Part shown: in pieces, positions 1-8,712 of the stretch
Numbering within the stretch: the stretch's first letter is position 1
Layout: each line of letters opens with the position of its first letter
NCBI GenBank assembly: GCA_942493095.1
Contig: OW818675.1
Location: 180,001-212,000, forward strand
Origin: Candidatus Electronema halotolerans
GTDB taxonomy: Bacteria > Desulfobacterota > Desulfobulbia > Desulfobulbales > Desulfobulbaceae
Reading direction: 5' to 3'
DNA: 32,000 bases
Translations under genes and position numbers: made by a program
Notes under the pieces: model-generated
Databases searched by the model: none
The model's input: only the letters and a program-made list of their open reading frames with translations
What the model was told of the DNA's origin: nothing

Positions 1-50
1 CTGCCCCTACGGCGGGCGGCAGAAAAGAAAAAGGATGACCGGAGTTCAAT

Positions 51-1730
51 ATGAAAAGAAATGCTGTTGTCCGGCTGGCTGTGCTGGTGCTGCTTGGAGC
101 TGTGGCAGTGACGGCGGCTGTCAGCGGAACCCTCAAGGCCGGACAGGGGAAAATAGTTTTTCTGCCCTTCAGAGTCAGCACTGAAGAACCGCAGGAGCAT
201 CTTCGGGCCGGGCTGACCAGCATTTTAGCCAGCCGCCTCAGTGAGCGCAGCGGGCTGGAGGCTGTCTATGGGGCGGATAAAACCGGCAAGCTGGAAGCCA
301 TGCTCCAGAACGGCCAGCCGCAGGAGGCAAAAAAAATCCTCCACAATTTGCAGGGCAGTCAGCTTGTCCTTGGCAGCTTGGAGCAGCAGGGCCGCAGCTA
401 CACCCTTTTTGTTCAGGTGTTGGGCGGCAGCCGGACAGCACCTGCCTCTTTCACCCGCATTGTCAGTTCGTTGGACAAAGTCATTCCGGTTCTAGATGAT
501 CTGGCGGCTGAGATTGCCGCCGCAGTCTTCCACGCCAAGCCAGCAGTGGCCGCACCTCCTGCGGCAGAGCAGGAGGATATGGACGGCTTTCAGACCGCGC
601 ACCCGGACAAAATCTGGCGGGATGAGCTACAGCAGGCCGCAGCTTCTGTCGTCCCAGCTTCTGCGGAAGAAACCGGGCTGTTTCGGGTCTTGTCCTCTCG
701 GAGCAGCAGCGAGCTGTCCTCCTCGTTCCGGGCTATGGACGCAGGCGATGCGGACGGTGACGGCAGCGCAGAGTTTGTCTTATTGGAACAGGGGCGGCTG
801 CTCCTGCTCCGGGCTGGCAATAATGATCACTTCCGAATTCTTGCCCAATATCCGCTGCCCGGCCATCTTGGTCTGCATGCAGTGCAGTTAGCTGATTTGG
901 ATGGCAATGGCCGACAGGAAATCTACATCTCGGCCAGCAGCGGCGGCAGCCCCTCCTCGTTGGTGCTGGAATGGAACGGGGCGCAGTTCCATTCTCTGAA
1001 CTGGCAGGTGCCGTATTATCTCCGTCCGGGAAAGGATGCGGTAGGCAGGCCGGTGCTGCTCGGTCAGGCAGGCGGCAGCATCTATCGGCTTGTCCGCAGT
1101 CAGGACGGCAGACTGAACCGGGCCGAGGAACTTGCTGTGCCCGCAGGCTTTGGCCTCTATGATTTCATCCGCACCGATTTAAATCAGGACGGCAGACTGG
1201 AATTTGTCGGCCTGACCGAAGAAAATAAGATGCTGGTCTTGGATGAGAACGGCAGGCCGTTGTGGCAGAGCGAGGACATCTACGGAGCCAGCCGCAATGC
1301 TCTCGGCACCTTGGCCAGCAGGCGGCAGGCTGATCTTGACCGGCCTTATGATGAACGCCAGCGCACCTATCTGCATACCCGCATCATTGCCCAAGACCTG
1401 ACTGGCGACGGCAAGCCGGAGATTGTCATCAGCCGCAACCAAGTGACCAATGTCAGATTCTTCAAGCAGCTTCGTTATTTTGATGGCTCGTCCATTGTCG
1501 CTCTGAGCTGGGACGGCAGCCGGATGAACCGGCTCTGGGAAACCGCGCAAAATCCCGGCTACATTGTTGACTGCCAAGTGCGCAGCAATCCAGCCCAGCC
1601 GGGCCGCTTCCGTCTCTTCTGGGTGGAAAGTGACGACACCGGCAATCCTATGTATTTCTGGGCCAGAGAAAAGTCTGTGCTGAAAATGGAGGACTTGGCC
1701 CCGGCTGCCGCATCAGCGGGCAAACGATGA
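51..1730 (+). CDS. Exported FG-GAP/VCBS-repeat protein with N-terminal TolB/CsgG-like region
   Basis: Long ORF with N-terminal hydrophobic segment; 'GKIVFLPFRV...LTSILASRLSE' resembles the TolB N-terminal domain; repeated D-x-D-G-D-G / D-L-D-G-N-G / D-L-N-Q-D-G calcium-loop motifs typical of VCBS/FG-GAP repeats. Confidence 0.75.
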   Translation: MKRNAVVRLAVLVLLGAVAVTAAVSGTLKAGQGKIVFLPFRVSTEEPQEHLRAGLTSILASRLSERSGLEAVYGADKTGKLEAMLQNGQPQEAKKILHNLQGSQLVLGSLEQQGRSYTLFVQVLGGSRTAPASFTRIVSSLDKVIPVLDDLAAEIAAAVFHAKPAVAAPPAAEQEDMDGFQTAHPDKIWRDELQQAAASVVPASAEETGLFRVLSSRSSSELSSSFRAMDAGDADGDGSAEFVLLEQGRLLLLRAGNNDHFRILAQYPLPGHLGLHAVQLADLDGNGRQEIYISASSGGSPSSLVLEWNGAQFHSLNWQVPYYLRPGKDAVGRPVLLGQAGGSIYRLVRSQDGRLNRAEELAVPAGFGLYDFIRTDLNQDGRLEFVGLTEENKMLVLDENGRPLWQSEDIYGASRNALGTLASRRQADLDRPYDERQRTYLHTRIIAQDLTGDGKPEIVISRNQVTNVRFFKQLRYFDGSSIVALSWDGSRMNRLWETAQNPGYIVDCQVRSNPAQPGRFRLFWVESDDTGNPMYFWAREKSVLKMEDLAPAAASAGKR

Positions 1731-2203
1731 GCTTGGACAAGCTGCTTGAGTTTGGCTGCAATCCTGAGGTGCTGGCTGGAATTGCCTGCGCGTTCATGGC
1801 CATGCTGTGGCTTTTTATCGGCAGAAACCGGCAGCGCGGCCCAGCAGCCGCAGACCGTCTGGACGCAGTGCAGGTGATTTTTCTTCTCAGCCTGCTGGCC
1901 TTGCTTGCGCTGGCGGTGCTGATGTGGCATGACCGCGCCATTTCCATGCCGCTGCTCGGCAGCCTGCTGGGAAGCATCATCACTGGTCTGCCGCTCTTGC
2001 GGTCTGCGGGGAAAGAAAATGATCTCAGTACGCAGGGCAATCAATGCCCGTCTGTCCGCAGTGGTGGCAAGGTGAAAATCAACTATGGCGGCAGGCCGTC
2101 CGACGGGAAAAAAGCAGGCACCGGGTGGCGGACGCTCACTCAGGGAGAGCAAAGCCCGGCGGTTGAGGCGAAGAAGGATGTGGAGATCAGGTACAAGAAA
2201 TAA
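1727..2203 (+). CDS. Small membrane protein with C-terminal QSP-type motif repeats
   Basis: ORF overlaps the previous stop by 4 bp; two or three hydrophobic segments; C-terminal 'TQGNQCPSVRSGGKVKINYGG' and 'TQGEQSPAVEAKKDVEIRYKK'. Confidence 0.6.
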   Translation: MSLDKLLEFGCNPEVLAGIACAFMAMLWLFIGRNRQRGPAAADRLDAVQVIFLLSLLALLALAVLMWHDRAISMPLLGSLLGSIITGLPLLRSAGKENDLSTQGNQCPSVRSGGKVKINYGGRPSDGKKAGTGWRTLTQGEQSPAVEAKKDVEIRYKK

Positions 2204-2283
2204 GGCAGTTGACTGTTTCATGCCTTGGTTGAATGGCGGCGGAAATCGCTCTCTTTCTTTGCAGCGATAAAGGAGAAAAGAAA

Positions 2284-2541
2284 ATGCCCACTGTGCTTCT
2301 GCTGTCCGGCTGGCGGCTCTTTTTTTATGCAGGCGAAGGCAATGAGCCAATTCATATTCACTGCCGGAAGGGTGACATGGAGTGCAAATACTGGCTGCAC
2401 CCTGAAGAGTTTGAAATTTCAGAGGCCTACATGTACAATATGAGCAAGGTGGCCAAGCGGGAGATCAGGAAAATCATCTTTGACCACTTTGAGTATATTG
2501 AAAACTCTTGGAAGGATTTTAAGGAGAAGAGACAGGCATGA
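2284..2541 (+). CDS. DUF4160-like protein
   Basis: 'MPTVLLLSGWRLFFYAGEGNEPIHIHCRKGDMECKYWL' matches the DUF4160 pattern; internal ATG (2284) preferred over the ORF-track start at 2233. Confidence 0.7.
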   Translation: MPTVLLLSGWRLFFYAGEGNEPIHIHCRKGDMECKYWLHPEEFEISEAYMYNMSKVAKREIRKIIFDHFEYIENSWKDFKEKRQA

Positions 2542-2801
2542 AGAAACTTCATGAAATAGGACTGATTGAGTTTTCAGATAAATTGCTTAAAATTGAGATT
2601 GATGGCAAATTGGACGTGTTCCGTTTGGAGGATTTTTCACCTTTGCTGGCAAACGCCTCAGAACTGGAGCGGATGACCTATGAAGTGTCTCCGTTCGGCT
2701 ACGGCATTCATTGGCCACTTTTAGATGAGGACATCTCCATTGATAGCCTGCTGGGCATTGTTCATCATCCTGAGCGGCAGCCTGCTGAAGCAGGAGGATA
2801 G
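2538..2801 (+). CDS. DUF2442-like protein
   Basis: Overlaps DUF4160-like stop by 4 bp; short protein with '...YEVSPFGYGIHWPLLDEDISIDSLLG' typical of DUF2442. Confidence 0.7.
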   Translation: MKKLHEIGLIEFSDKLLKIEIDGKLDVFRLEDFSPLLANASELERMTYEVSPFGYGIHWPLLDEDISIDSLLGIVHHPERQPAEAGG

Positions 2802-2846
2802 ACGGAATGCTGCGGTGAATGCTCTGAAAGGAAAAAAACGAACGAC

Positions 2847-4439
2847 ATGCAGATGACAACGGGCGATCAATCGCCGGTCATTAAGGCGGGCGGCAATGTT
2901 TCGGTAAGCTACGGCTTGGATGAGGAGCGTGTCAAAGCCATGCTGGAGCAGCAGCAAGAGGAGCTGTTCAGGAAGCTGCGGGAGTCCGGCTTTGCGGCGG
3001 ATGACGGCGAACGCCGCCTGCTGGAGCAGCAGTTGCAGGCGGTTTCGGCGAAACTGGCTGACATCGAGCGGAGTTACAACGAAGAACTGGCCCGGCGCAA
3101 GGCGGCAGACAAAGTGCTTGCCCAATTGCGCGGCCAGCTTCCTGAAGCCCAGATTGAGCAGGCGCAGGCCAGTCTGCGGCAGGGCGACACAGCGGCGGCC
3201 CGGCAGGTTTTCCATGCAGTGGCTGACAAAGCAGGCGCGGCGGTCGCGCTGGCCGCTTTCCAGCTTGGACAGATGGCTGAAGGGGATTTGGAATATACCG
3301 AGGCCATGCGGCAGTATAAAAAGGCGGCTGCGCTGGAGGAGGACAATCCTGAGTATCTGCTTGCCGCTGGGAAAATGGCCCGCAAATTGGCGCAGTACAG
3401 GCAGGCGCAGGAATGGCTGGAGCATCTGCTGGAGATCAGGGAGGCGGAAGGGGAGAGCGCGGAGCTTGGCAGCGTTCTGCATGAGCTGGCGTTGCTGCAC
3501 AGGAATCAGGGAAAATATGAGGATGCTGAACCGCTGCATCTGCAGGCGGTTACGGTCAAAGAGAAATTTCTTGGCAAAGAGCATCCTGATGTGGCCGAGG
3601 CGTTGAATGATTTGGCTGTGTTGTACCGTCGTGAAGGGAAATATAAGGAAGCGGAGCCGCTGTATTTACGTGCGCTGGCGGTGAAGGAGAAGGTGTTCGG
3701 TGAGGATCATCCGAGCGTGGCGCAGACGTTGAATGATCTGGCGTTGTTTTATAGAAATCAAGACTGTTTTGCTGATGTTGAGTCTCTGTATCGTCGTGCT
3801 TTTGAAATTAGAGAGAAATACCTTGGAAAAGATCATTTTGATGTTGCAGAAAGTTTAAATAACCTTGCTGTGTTATATAAAGATCATGAAAAATATTTTG
3901 AGGCCGAATCGCTGCATCTGCGCTCAATTGCTATCAAAGAAAGAGTTTTAGGGAAAGATCATCCTTCTATAGCAAACAGTTTATGCAATCTTGCTTTTTT
4001 ATACAGACAGCAAGATAGATACACAGAAGCGGAGCCGTTGTATTTACGCTCTCTTGCTATCAGAGAACAGTCCTTTGGTAAAGAGCATCCTGATGTAGCT
4101 ATAAGTTTGAATAACATTGCAGGTCTTTACCGCAAGCAAGGTAGATACGCAGAGGCTAAACCTTTGCTCCAGCGCGCTCTTGAAATTCGTGAAAACAAAC
4201 TCGGCAAATATCATCCTGACGTGTCAAAGATTTTGCGCACAATGGCTAAACTCTACCGCGACCAAGGCAGATACGCGGAAGCGGAGCCGTTGTTTCAACG
4301 CGCCCTATCCATTATGAAGGAAAAATGTCCTGCCGGGCATTCACGCATTGCCGCCTGCCAGAAGGAATATGACGAAATGAAGGAGAAGATGGCGGAGCGG
4401 GAGCAAGCCGCAATATGGCACGAGGAAGACAATGTTTAA
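2847..4439 (+). CDS. Kinesin-light-chain-like tetratricopeptide repeat protein
   Basis: Seven ~42-aa repeats of the form 'VAxSLNNLAxLYRxQGRYxEAEPLYLRALxIRExxLGKxHPD' after a coiled-coil N-terminus. Confidence 0.85.
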   Translation: MQMTTGDQSPVIKAGGNVSVSYGLDEERVKAMLEQQQEELFRKLRESGFAADDGERRLLEQQLQAVSAKLADIERSYNEELARRKAADKVLAQLRGQLPEAQIEQAQASLRQGDTAAARQVFHAVADKAGAAVALAAFQLGQMAEGDLEYTEAMRQYKKAAALEEDNPEYLLAAGKMARKLAQYRQAQEWLEHLLEIREAEGESAELGSVLHELALLHRNQGKYEDAEPLHLQAVTVKEKFLGKEHPDVAEALNDLAVLYRREGKYKEAEPLYLRALAVKEKVFGEDHPSVAQTLNDLALFYRNQDCFADVESLYRRAFEIREKYLGKDHFDVAESLNNLAVLYKDHEKYFEAESLHLRSIAIKERVLGKDHPSIANSLCNLAFLYRQQDRYTEAEPLYLRSLAIREQSFGKEHPDVAISLNNIAGLYRKQGRYAEAKPLLQRALEIRENKLGKYHPDVSKILRTMAKLYRDQGRYAEAEPLFQRALSIMKEKCPAGHSRIAACQKEYDEMKEKMAEREQAAIWHEEDNV

Positions 4440-4505
4440 TCTGCAATTGCATATCAGGCCAAAAAACGAACAGCAATCATTTAAACTTTTGACGGACATA
4501 TCTAA

Positions 4506-6155
4506 ATGAACGGTGCTGAACTTTTAGTGCGCTGCTTGGAAAACGAGGGCGTTGAATATATCTTCGGCATTCCGGGTGAGGAGAACCTTGCCTTTCTTGA
4601 AGCTTTGCGCAGCTCCTCAATCAAATTGATTTTGACCCGGCACGAGCAGGCCGCTGGTTTCATGGCCGCGACCTATGGCCGCCTGACCGGCAGGCCCGGT
4701 GTCTGCCTTGCCACCTTGGGACCGGGAGCGACCAATTTTGTCACCAGCACGGCCTACGCCTTTCTCGGCGGCATGCCCTGCCTCTTCATCACCGGCCAGA
4801 AGCCGATCAAAACCTCCAAGCAGGGCCGCTTCCAGATCATCAATGTGGTTTCGATGATGGCTCCAATCACCAAAATGACCCGGCAGATTGTCAGCGCGGA
4901 CTCCATTGCCGCCCTGACCCGCGAAGCCTTCCGCACTGCTGTGCAGGAAAAGGCCGGGCCAGTGCATCTGGAACTGCCCGAAGACATTGCCGCTGATCCG
5001 GTCTCAGAATCTGCCAAGCCTTTTCCGGTCTCAGACATTCCCGCGCCCTTGGCCTCAGAAAAAACACTGGGCCAAGTGGCGGCAATTATCAGCCAAGCCA
5101 AGAATCCGCTCCTGCTCATTGCTGCTGCCGCCAATCGGCATCAAACCGGCCCAGCCTTGGAACAGTTCATTGAGCGGACCGGCATTCACTTCTTTTCCAC
5201 CCAGATGGGCAAGGGCACGGCGGATGAATTCCATCCCCGCTGCCTCGGCACTGCTGCCCTGTCTGATCACGACTACCTGCACTGCGCCATTGCCAAGGCG
5301 GACGTGATCATCAATGTCGGTCATGATGTGGTCGAAAAACCGCCTTTTTTCATGCGCCGGGACGGCGTGGTGGTCATCCACATCAATTACTTCAGCGCAG
5401 TCTTTGACGAGGTCTATTTCCCACAGCATGAGGTGATCGGCGACATTGCCGACTCGGTCGAGCGGCTGGCCGAGTTGATTGAACCTGATTCATTAGCCGG
5501 AAACGGCTATTTCAACCTGCTGAAAAAAGAGATAGATAAAAACGTCTATCAGCGGAACCTGCCTTTGGCCTTCCCCTACACCCCGCAGCAGCTCACCAAG
5601 GTCCTGCGCGAGCTGCTCGGCAAGGACACCATCCTGTCCTTGGACAACGGGATGTACAAAATCTGGTTTGCCCGCAACTACCGCTCCACTGATTCCCGTT
5701 CCGTGCTCTTGGACAATGCGCTGGCAACGATGGGTGCGGGTCTGCCGGTTGCCATTGCCGCTAAAATGCTTTTCCCGGAACGCAAGGTGGTGGCGGTCTG
5801 CGGCGACGGCGGCTTCATGATGAACTCGCAGGAGCTGGAAACTGCCATTCGTCTGAAACTCGATTTGACCATCCTCCTGCTCCGCGATGACGGTTTGGGC
5901 ATGATCAAGTGGAAGCAGGCAGGCATGGGCCTGCCGGATTTCGGTTTGGATTTCAGCAACCCGGATTTTGTCAAATATGCGGAAAGCTATGGGGCGCAGG
6001 GCTGGCGGGTCTCAGCAAAACACCAGCTTGCGGAAATCCTGCCGCACTGCTTGGCCAGCAAAGGAGTCCACCTGATTGAGCTGCCAGTTGATTATGCGGA
6101 AAACGAGTCGGTGCTGATTGAGGAGCTGCGCCGCAAAACCTGCCTGATTGGTTGA
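4506..6155 (+). CDS. Acetolactate synthase large subunit-like thiamine diphosphate enzyme
   Basis: N-terminal 'GIPGEENLAFLEAL', 'RHEQAAGFMAATYGRLTGRPGVCLATLGPGATN', C-terminal ThDP/Mg motif 'GDGGFMMNSQELETAIRLKLDLTILLLRDD'. Confidence 0.85.
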   Translation: MNGAELLVRCLENEGVEYIFGIPGEENLAFLEALRSSSIKLILTRHEQAAGFMAATYGRLTGRPGVCLATLGPGATNFVTSTAYAFLGGMPCLFITGQKPIKTSKQGRFQIINVVSMMAPITKMTRQIVSADSIAALTREAFRTAVQEKAGPVHLELPEDIAADPVSESAKPFPVSDIPAPLASEKTLGQVAAIISQAKNPLLLIAAAANRHQTGPALEQFIERTGIHFFSTQMGKGTADEFHPRCLGTAALSDHDYLHCAIAKADVIINVGHDVVEKPPFFMRRDGVVVIHINYFSAVFDEVYFPQHEVIGDIADSVERLAELIEPDSLAGNGYFNLLKKEIDKNVYQRNLPLAFPYTPQQLTKVLRELLGKDTILSLDNGMYKIWFARNYRSTDSRSVLLDNALATMGAGLPVAIAAKMLFPERKVVAVCGDGGFMMNSQELETAIRLKLDLTILLLRDDGLGMIKWKQAGMGLPDFGLDFSNPDFVKYAESYGAQGWRVSAKHQLAEILPHCLASKGVHLIELPVDYAENESVLIEELRRKTCLIG

Positions 6156-6835
6156 TGCCTGTTTTCCGCCTGCCCAAGGAGATTGTCTTTCCAGCCCCGG
6201 ACTTGGCCGAGCCGGACGGACTGCTGGCAGTGGGCGGTGACCTTTCGCCAGCCCGGCTTTTGGCGGCCTATCAGCAGGGCATTTTTCCGTGGTATTCTGG
6301 CAAGGAACCAATTCTCTGGTGGTCACCCGCGCCGCGCTTGGTTCTGCGGCCAGAGGAATTTCATCTGCCCAAACGGCTGGCCCGCACCATCCGCCAGCAG
6401 GTTTTTCAGGTCTGTGCGGACACGGCCTTTGCCGAGGTGATCACAGCCTGCGCTGTGGTGCGGGCGGAAACCGGCACGTGGATCACCCAAGAAATGGAGC
6501 AAGCTTATATCCGCCTGCACGAGCTTGGTTTTGCTCATTCGATTGAATGCCGCTTTGAGGGCCAATTAGTCGGCGGCCTCTACGGTCTCTGCTTGGACAA
6601 GATGTTTTTCGGCGAATCCATGTTCAGCCGCAAAACCGATGCCTCCAAGGTTGCTTTGGCCGCCTTGGTCAGCCATGCCCGGCAAATAGGCATTCAAGCA
6701 ATTGACTGCCAGATGACTACTGCGCATCTGCTCCGTTTTGGCAGCCGGGAGCTGAACCGGCAGGACTTTTCCGAGCTGCTCGACCGTCTCATCCGGCGCA
6801 TTGAGCCGCAGGAATACTGGCGGCTGGCAGGCTGA
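6152..6835 (+). CDS. aat: Leucyl/phenylalanyl-tRNA--protein transferase
   Basis: 'FPAPDLAEPDGLLAVGGDLSPARLLAAYQQGIFPWY', 'ILWWSPAPRLVLRPEEFHLPKRLARTIRQ', 'GLYGLCLDKMFFGESMFSRKTDASKVALAAL' are diagnostic. Confidence 0.95.
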   Translation: MMPVFRLPKEIVFPAPDLAEPDGLLAVGGDLSPARLLAAYQQGIFPWYSGKEPILWWSPAPRLVLRPEEFHLPKRLARTIRQQVFQVCADTAFAEVITACAVVRAETGTWITQEMEQAYIRLHELGFAHSIECRFEGQLVGGLYGLCLDKMFFGESMFSRKTDASKVALAALVSHARQIGIQAIDCQMTTAHLLRFGSRELNRQDFSELLDRLIRRIEPQEYWRLAG

Positions 6836-6975
6836 AAGCAATTTTTTTTGCAAAAAAGCCATTGTACCGACCGCCATTTTCTGATAATTTCTTTAGGTTG
6901 GTTTCGTCTGATGGAGGTTGACTTTTCGCCGTCGGAACCGCAATCAGCCAACAACTATAGATAACAGCTTGAACA

Positions 6976-8661
6976 ATGTCCCTCTCATCCGCCGCTGTCC
7001 GAAATCTGCTGCTTCTGGGCCTGGCTGCGCCGCTGCTGCTGAACGGCTGCCTGCCTTCAGGCCGCACTGAACGGCAGCTTCATCCTGACAGCAGGCAGGA
7101 TTCCAGACAACCTGAGGTTGAGCTGCCTGCCCCGCCGCCTGCGCCCCAGAAACCAGCCATCAGCCGGAAAGAGCAGGCTGCTTATGAAAAACAGGTGCTG
7201 GAGCCTGCCTTGGCCACCATCAATGGCCGCGTCACCTCCTATGAGCAGAAGCTCCAAGACTGGCAGAAGCTGGGCAGCAGTCAGGAGACGCTGCGGCTCT
7301 CTCCTGCTGAAATTGAGCAGCTCATTGTCTGCCGCAACACGGTTGCTGGTCTGCTCGAAGACTACAAAGGCCTTCAGGAGCAGTTGCTGCAAACAAAGTC
7401 GATTGAGGCTTCCCGCGAGCTGCTCTTCACCTCCTTGCAGGAATTCAAAGGCAATGACCTTGTCTATTTGGAAGGGGACTGTCCCAAGCTGTTTGAGGAC
7501 TTCAATTCTCCTGCCAGACAAAGAGCGGCAGCAGAAGCTGCTCCGCCTGAACAAACCGCAGTTGAGCCGCTTCCGGCAGCGCAGGATGACAGCAGTTCTG
7601 AGGCTGTGCAGAAGGAAGACCTTGGCGGGCAGTACAAGCATGATCTGGCCCTGCTGCGGGCAGGACAGCGGCAGAAAGCCCGCCGTCTTTTCACAGAACT
7701 TCTTGCCAAGGCGCGGCAGCAGGAAAATCAGAAGCTGGCAGTCAAGGTGCTGGCAATGCTTGCTGATCTCGACTTTGCCTCCCGCGATTATGCTGCGGCC
7801 CGCTTGAAATATGAGGAGCTGCGCCGGACAGACAGTTCTTCAGACCGGTACGGCAGACAGCTTGCCGCCTTGGCCGCTTCGGTCACCAAGCGGGATGAGC
7901 TGGATGCCTATGCTGATCTGCTGCTCAACTGCCTGACCTACAATCCTGATGAAGACGGCTTCACGGTTGTCCAGCAGGCAGCCGAGTTCATGCGCCTGTT
8001 CCCGGATTCGCTTCTGATGGAGGATGCGGACCGCCTGTCGCAGCAGATCAGCAAAGAGGCTGAACAATGGTTTGCGGACCTGCTGCAAAAAACAGAGCAG
8101 TGGCGGGCGGCTGGAAAAGAGCAGGCAGCAGCGGGGCGGCTGGAGCAGGTGCCCTTGGATATTCTGCCTTTGGACAAGCAGGAGCTGCTCCGGCAGAAAA
8201 AAGAGGAGCTGCTCGCTGCAATTAAGCCCGCAACAGCCGAGGATGCCTCTTTTGCCCCGGATCATGCAATGCAGGAGGCGGTGCCCGCGCCGCTGCCTGA
8301 CCCGGATGATGCCTTGCAGGACTTGTGGGACAAGGGTATGCTGGTGCTGCAGCAGGGCAAGTATGATGAGGCGGTCAGTCTGTTTTCCAAACTGTCTGGA
8401 ACCTCCTTTGCAGTCAAAGCTGAAGCCAAAATTGAAGAGGCGGAACGTCTTGCTGCTGAGGAGCTGCGCAAAAAGGCGGCAGAACTCTTCCAGGAGGCTG
8501 ACAGCGCGACAGAGCCTGCGGTCAAACAGGCCCTGCTGCGCTCCTCAAAAAAGCTGCTGGAGGATATTCTGCGGAAATATCCCCATTCAGGCATGGAGGA
8601 CAAGGTGCGGCGGAATCTCAACAGCGTGGATAAGGAGCTGGCGCAGACCGGCAAAGGATAG
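6976..8661 (+). CDS. Lipoprotein with TPR-like helical repeats
   Basis: Signal peptide with lipobox 'LLLNGC'; helical repeat segments such as 'DEAVSLFSKLSGTSFAVKAEAKIEEAERLAAEELR'. Confidence 0.6.
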   Translation: MSLSSAAVRNLLLLGLAAPLLLNGCLPSGRTERQLHPDSRQDSRQPEVELPAPPPAPQKPAISRKEQAAYEKQVLEPALATINGRVTSYEQKLQDWQKLGSSQETLRLSPAEIEQLIVCRNTVAGLLEDYKGLQEQLLQTKSIEASRELLFTSLQEFKGNDLVYLEGDCPKLFEDFNSPARQRAAAEAAPPEQTAVEPLPAAQDDSSSEAVQKEDLGGQYKHDLALLRAGQRQKARRLFTELLAKARQQENQKLAVKVLAMLADLDFASRDYAAARLKYEELRRTDSSSDRYGRQLAALAASVTKRDELDAYADLLLNCLTYNPDEDGFTVVQQAAEFMRLFPDSLLMEDADRLSQQISKEAEQWFADLLQKTEQWRAAGKEQAAAGRLEQVPLDILPLDKQELLRQKKEELLAAIKPATAEDASFAPDHAMQEAVPAPLPDPDDALQDLWDKGMLVLQQGKYDEAVSLFSKLSGTSFAVKAEAKIEEAERLAAEELRKKAAELFQEADSATEPAVKQALLRSSKKLLEDILRKYPHSGMEDKVRRNLNSVDKELAQTGKG

Positions 8662-8712
8662 TCAGCCAAGACGTGAACAAAAACAGGTTAAATTAACAGG
8701 AGCTGGAGGAGA

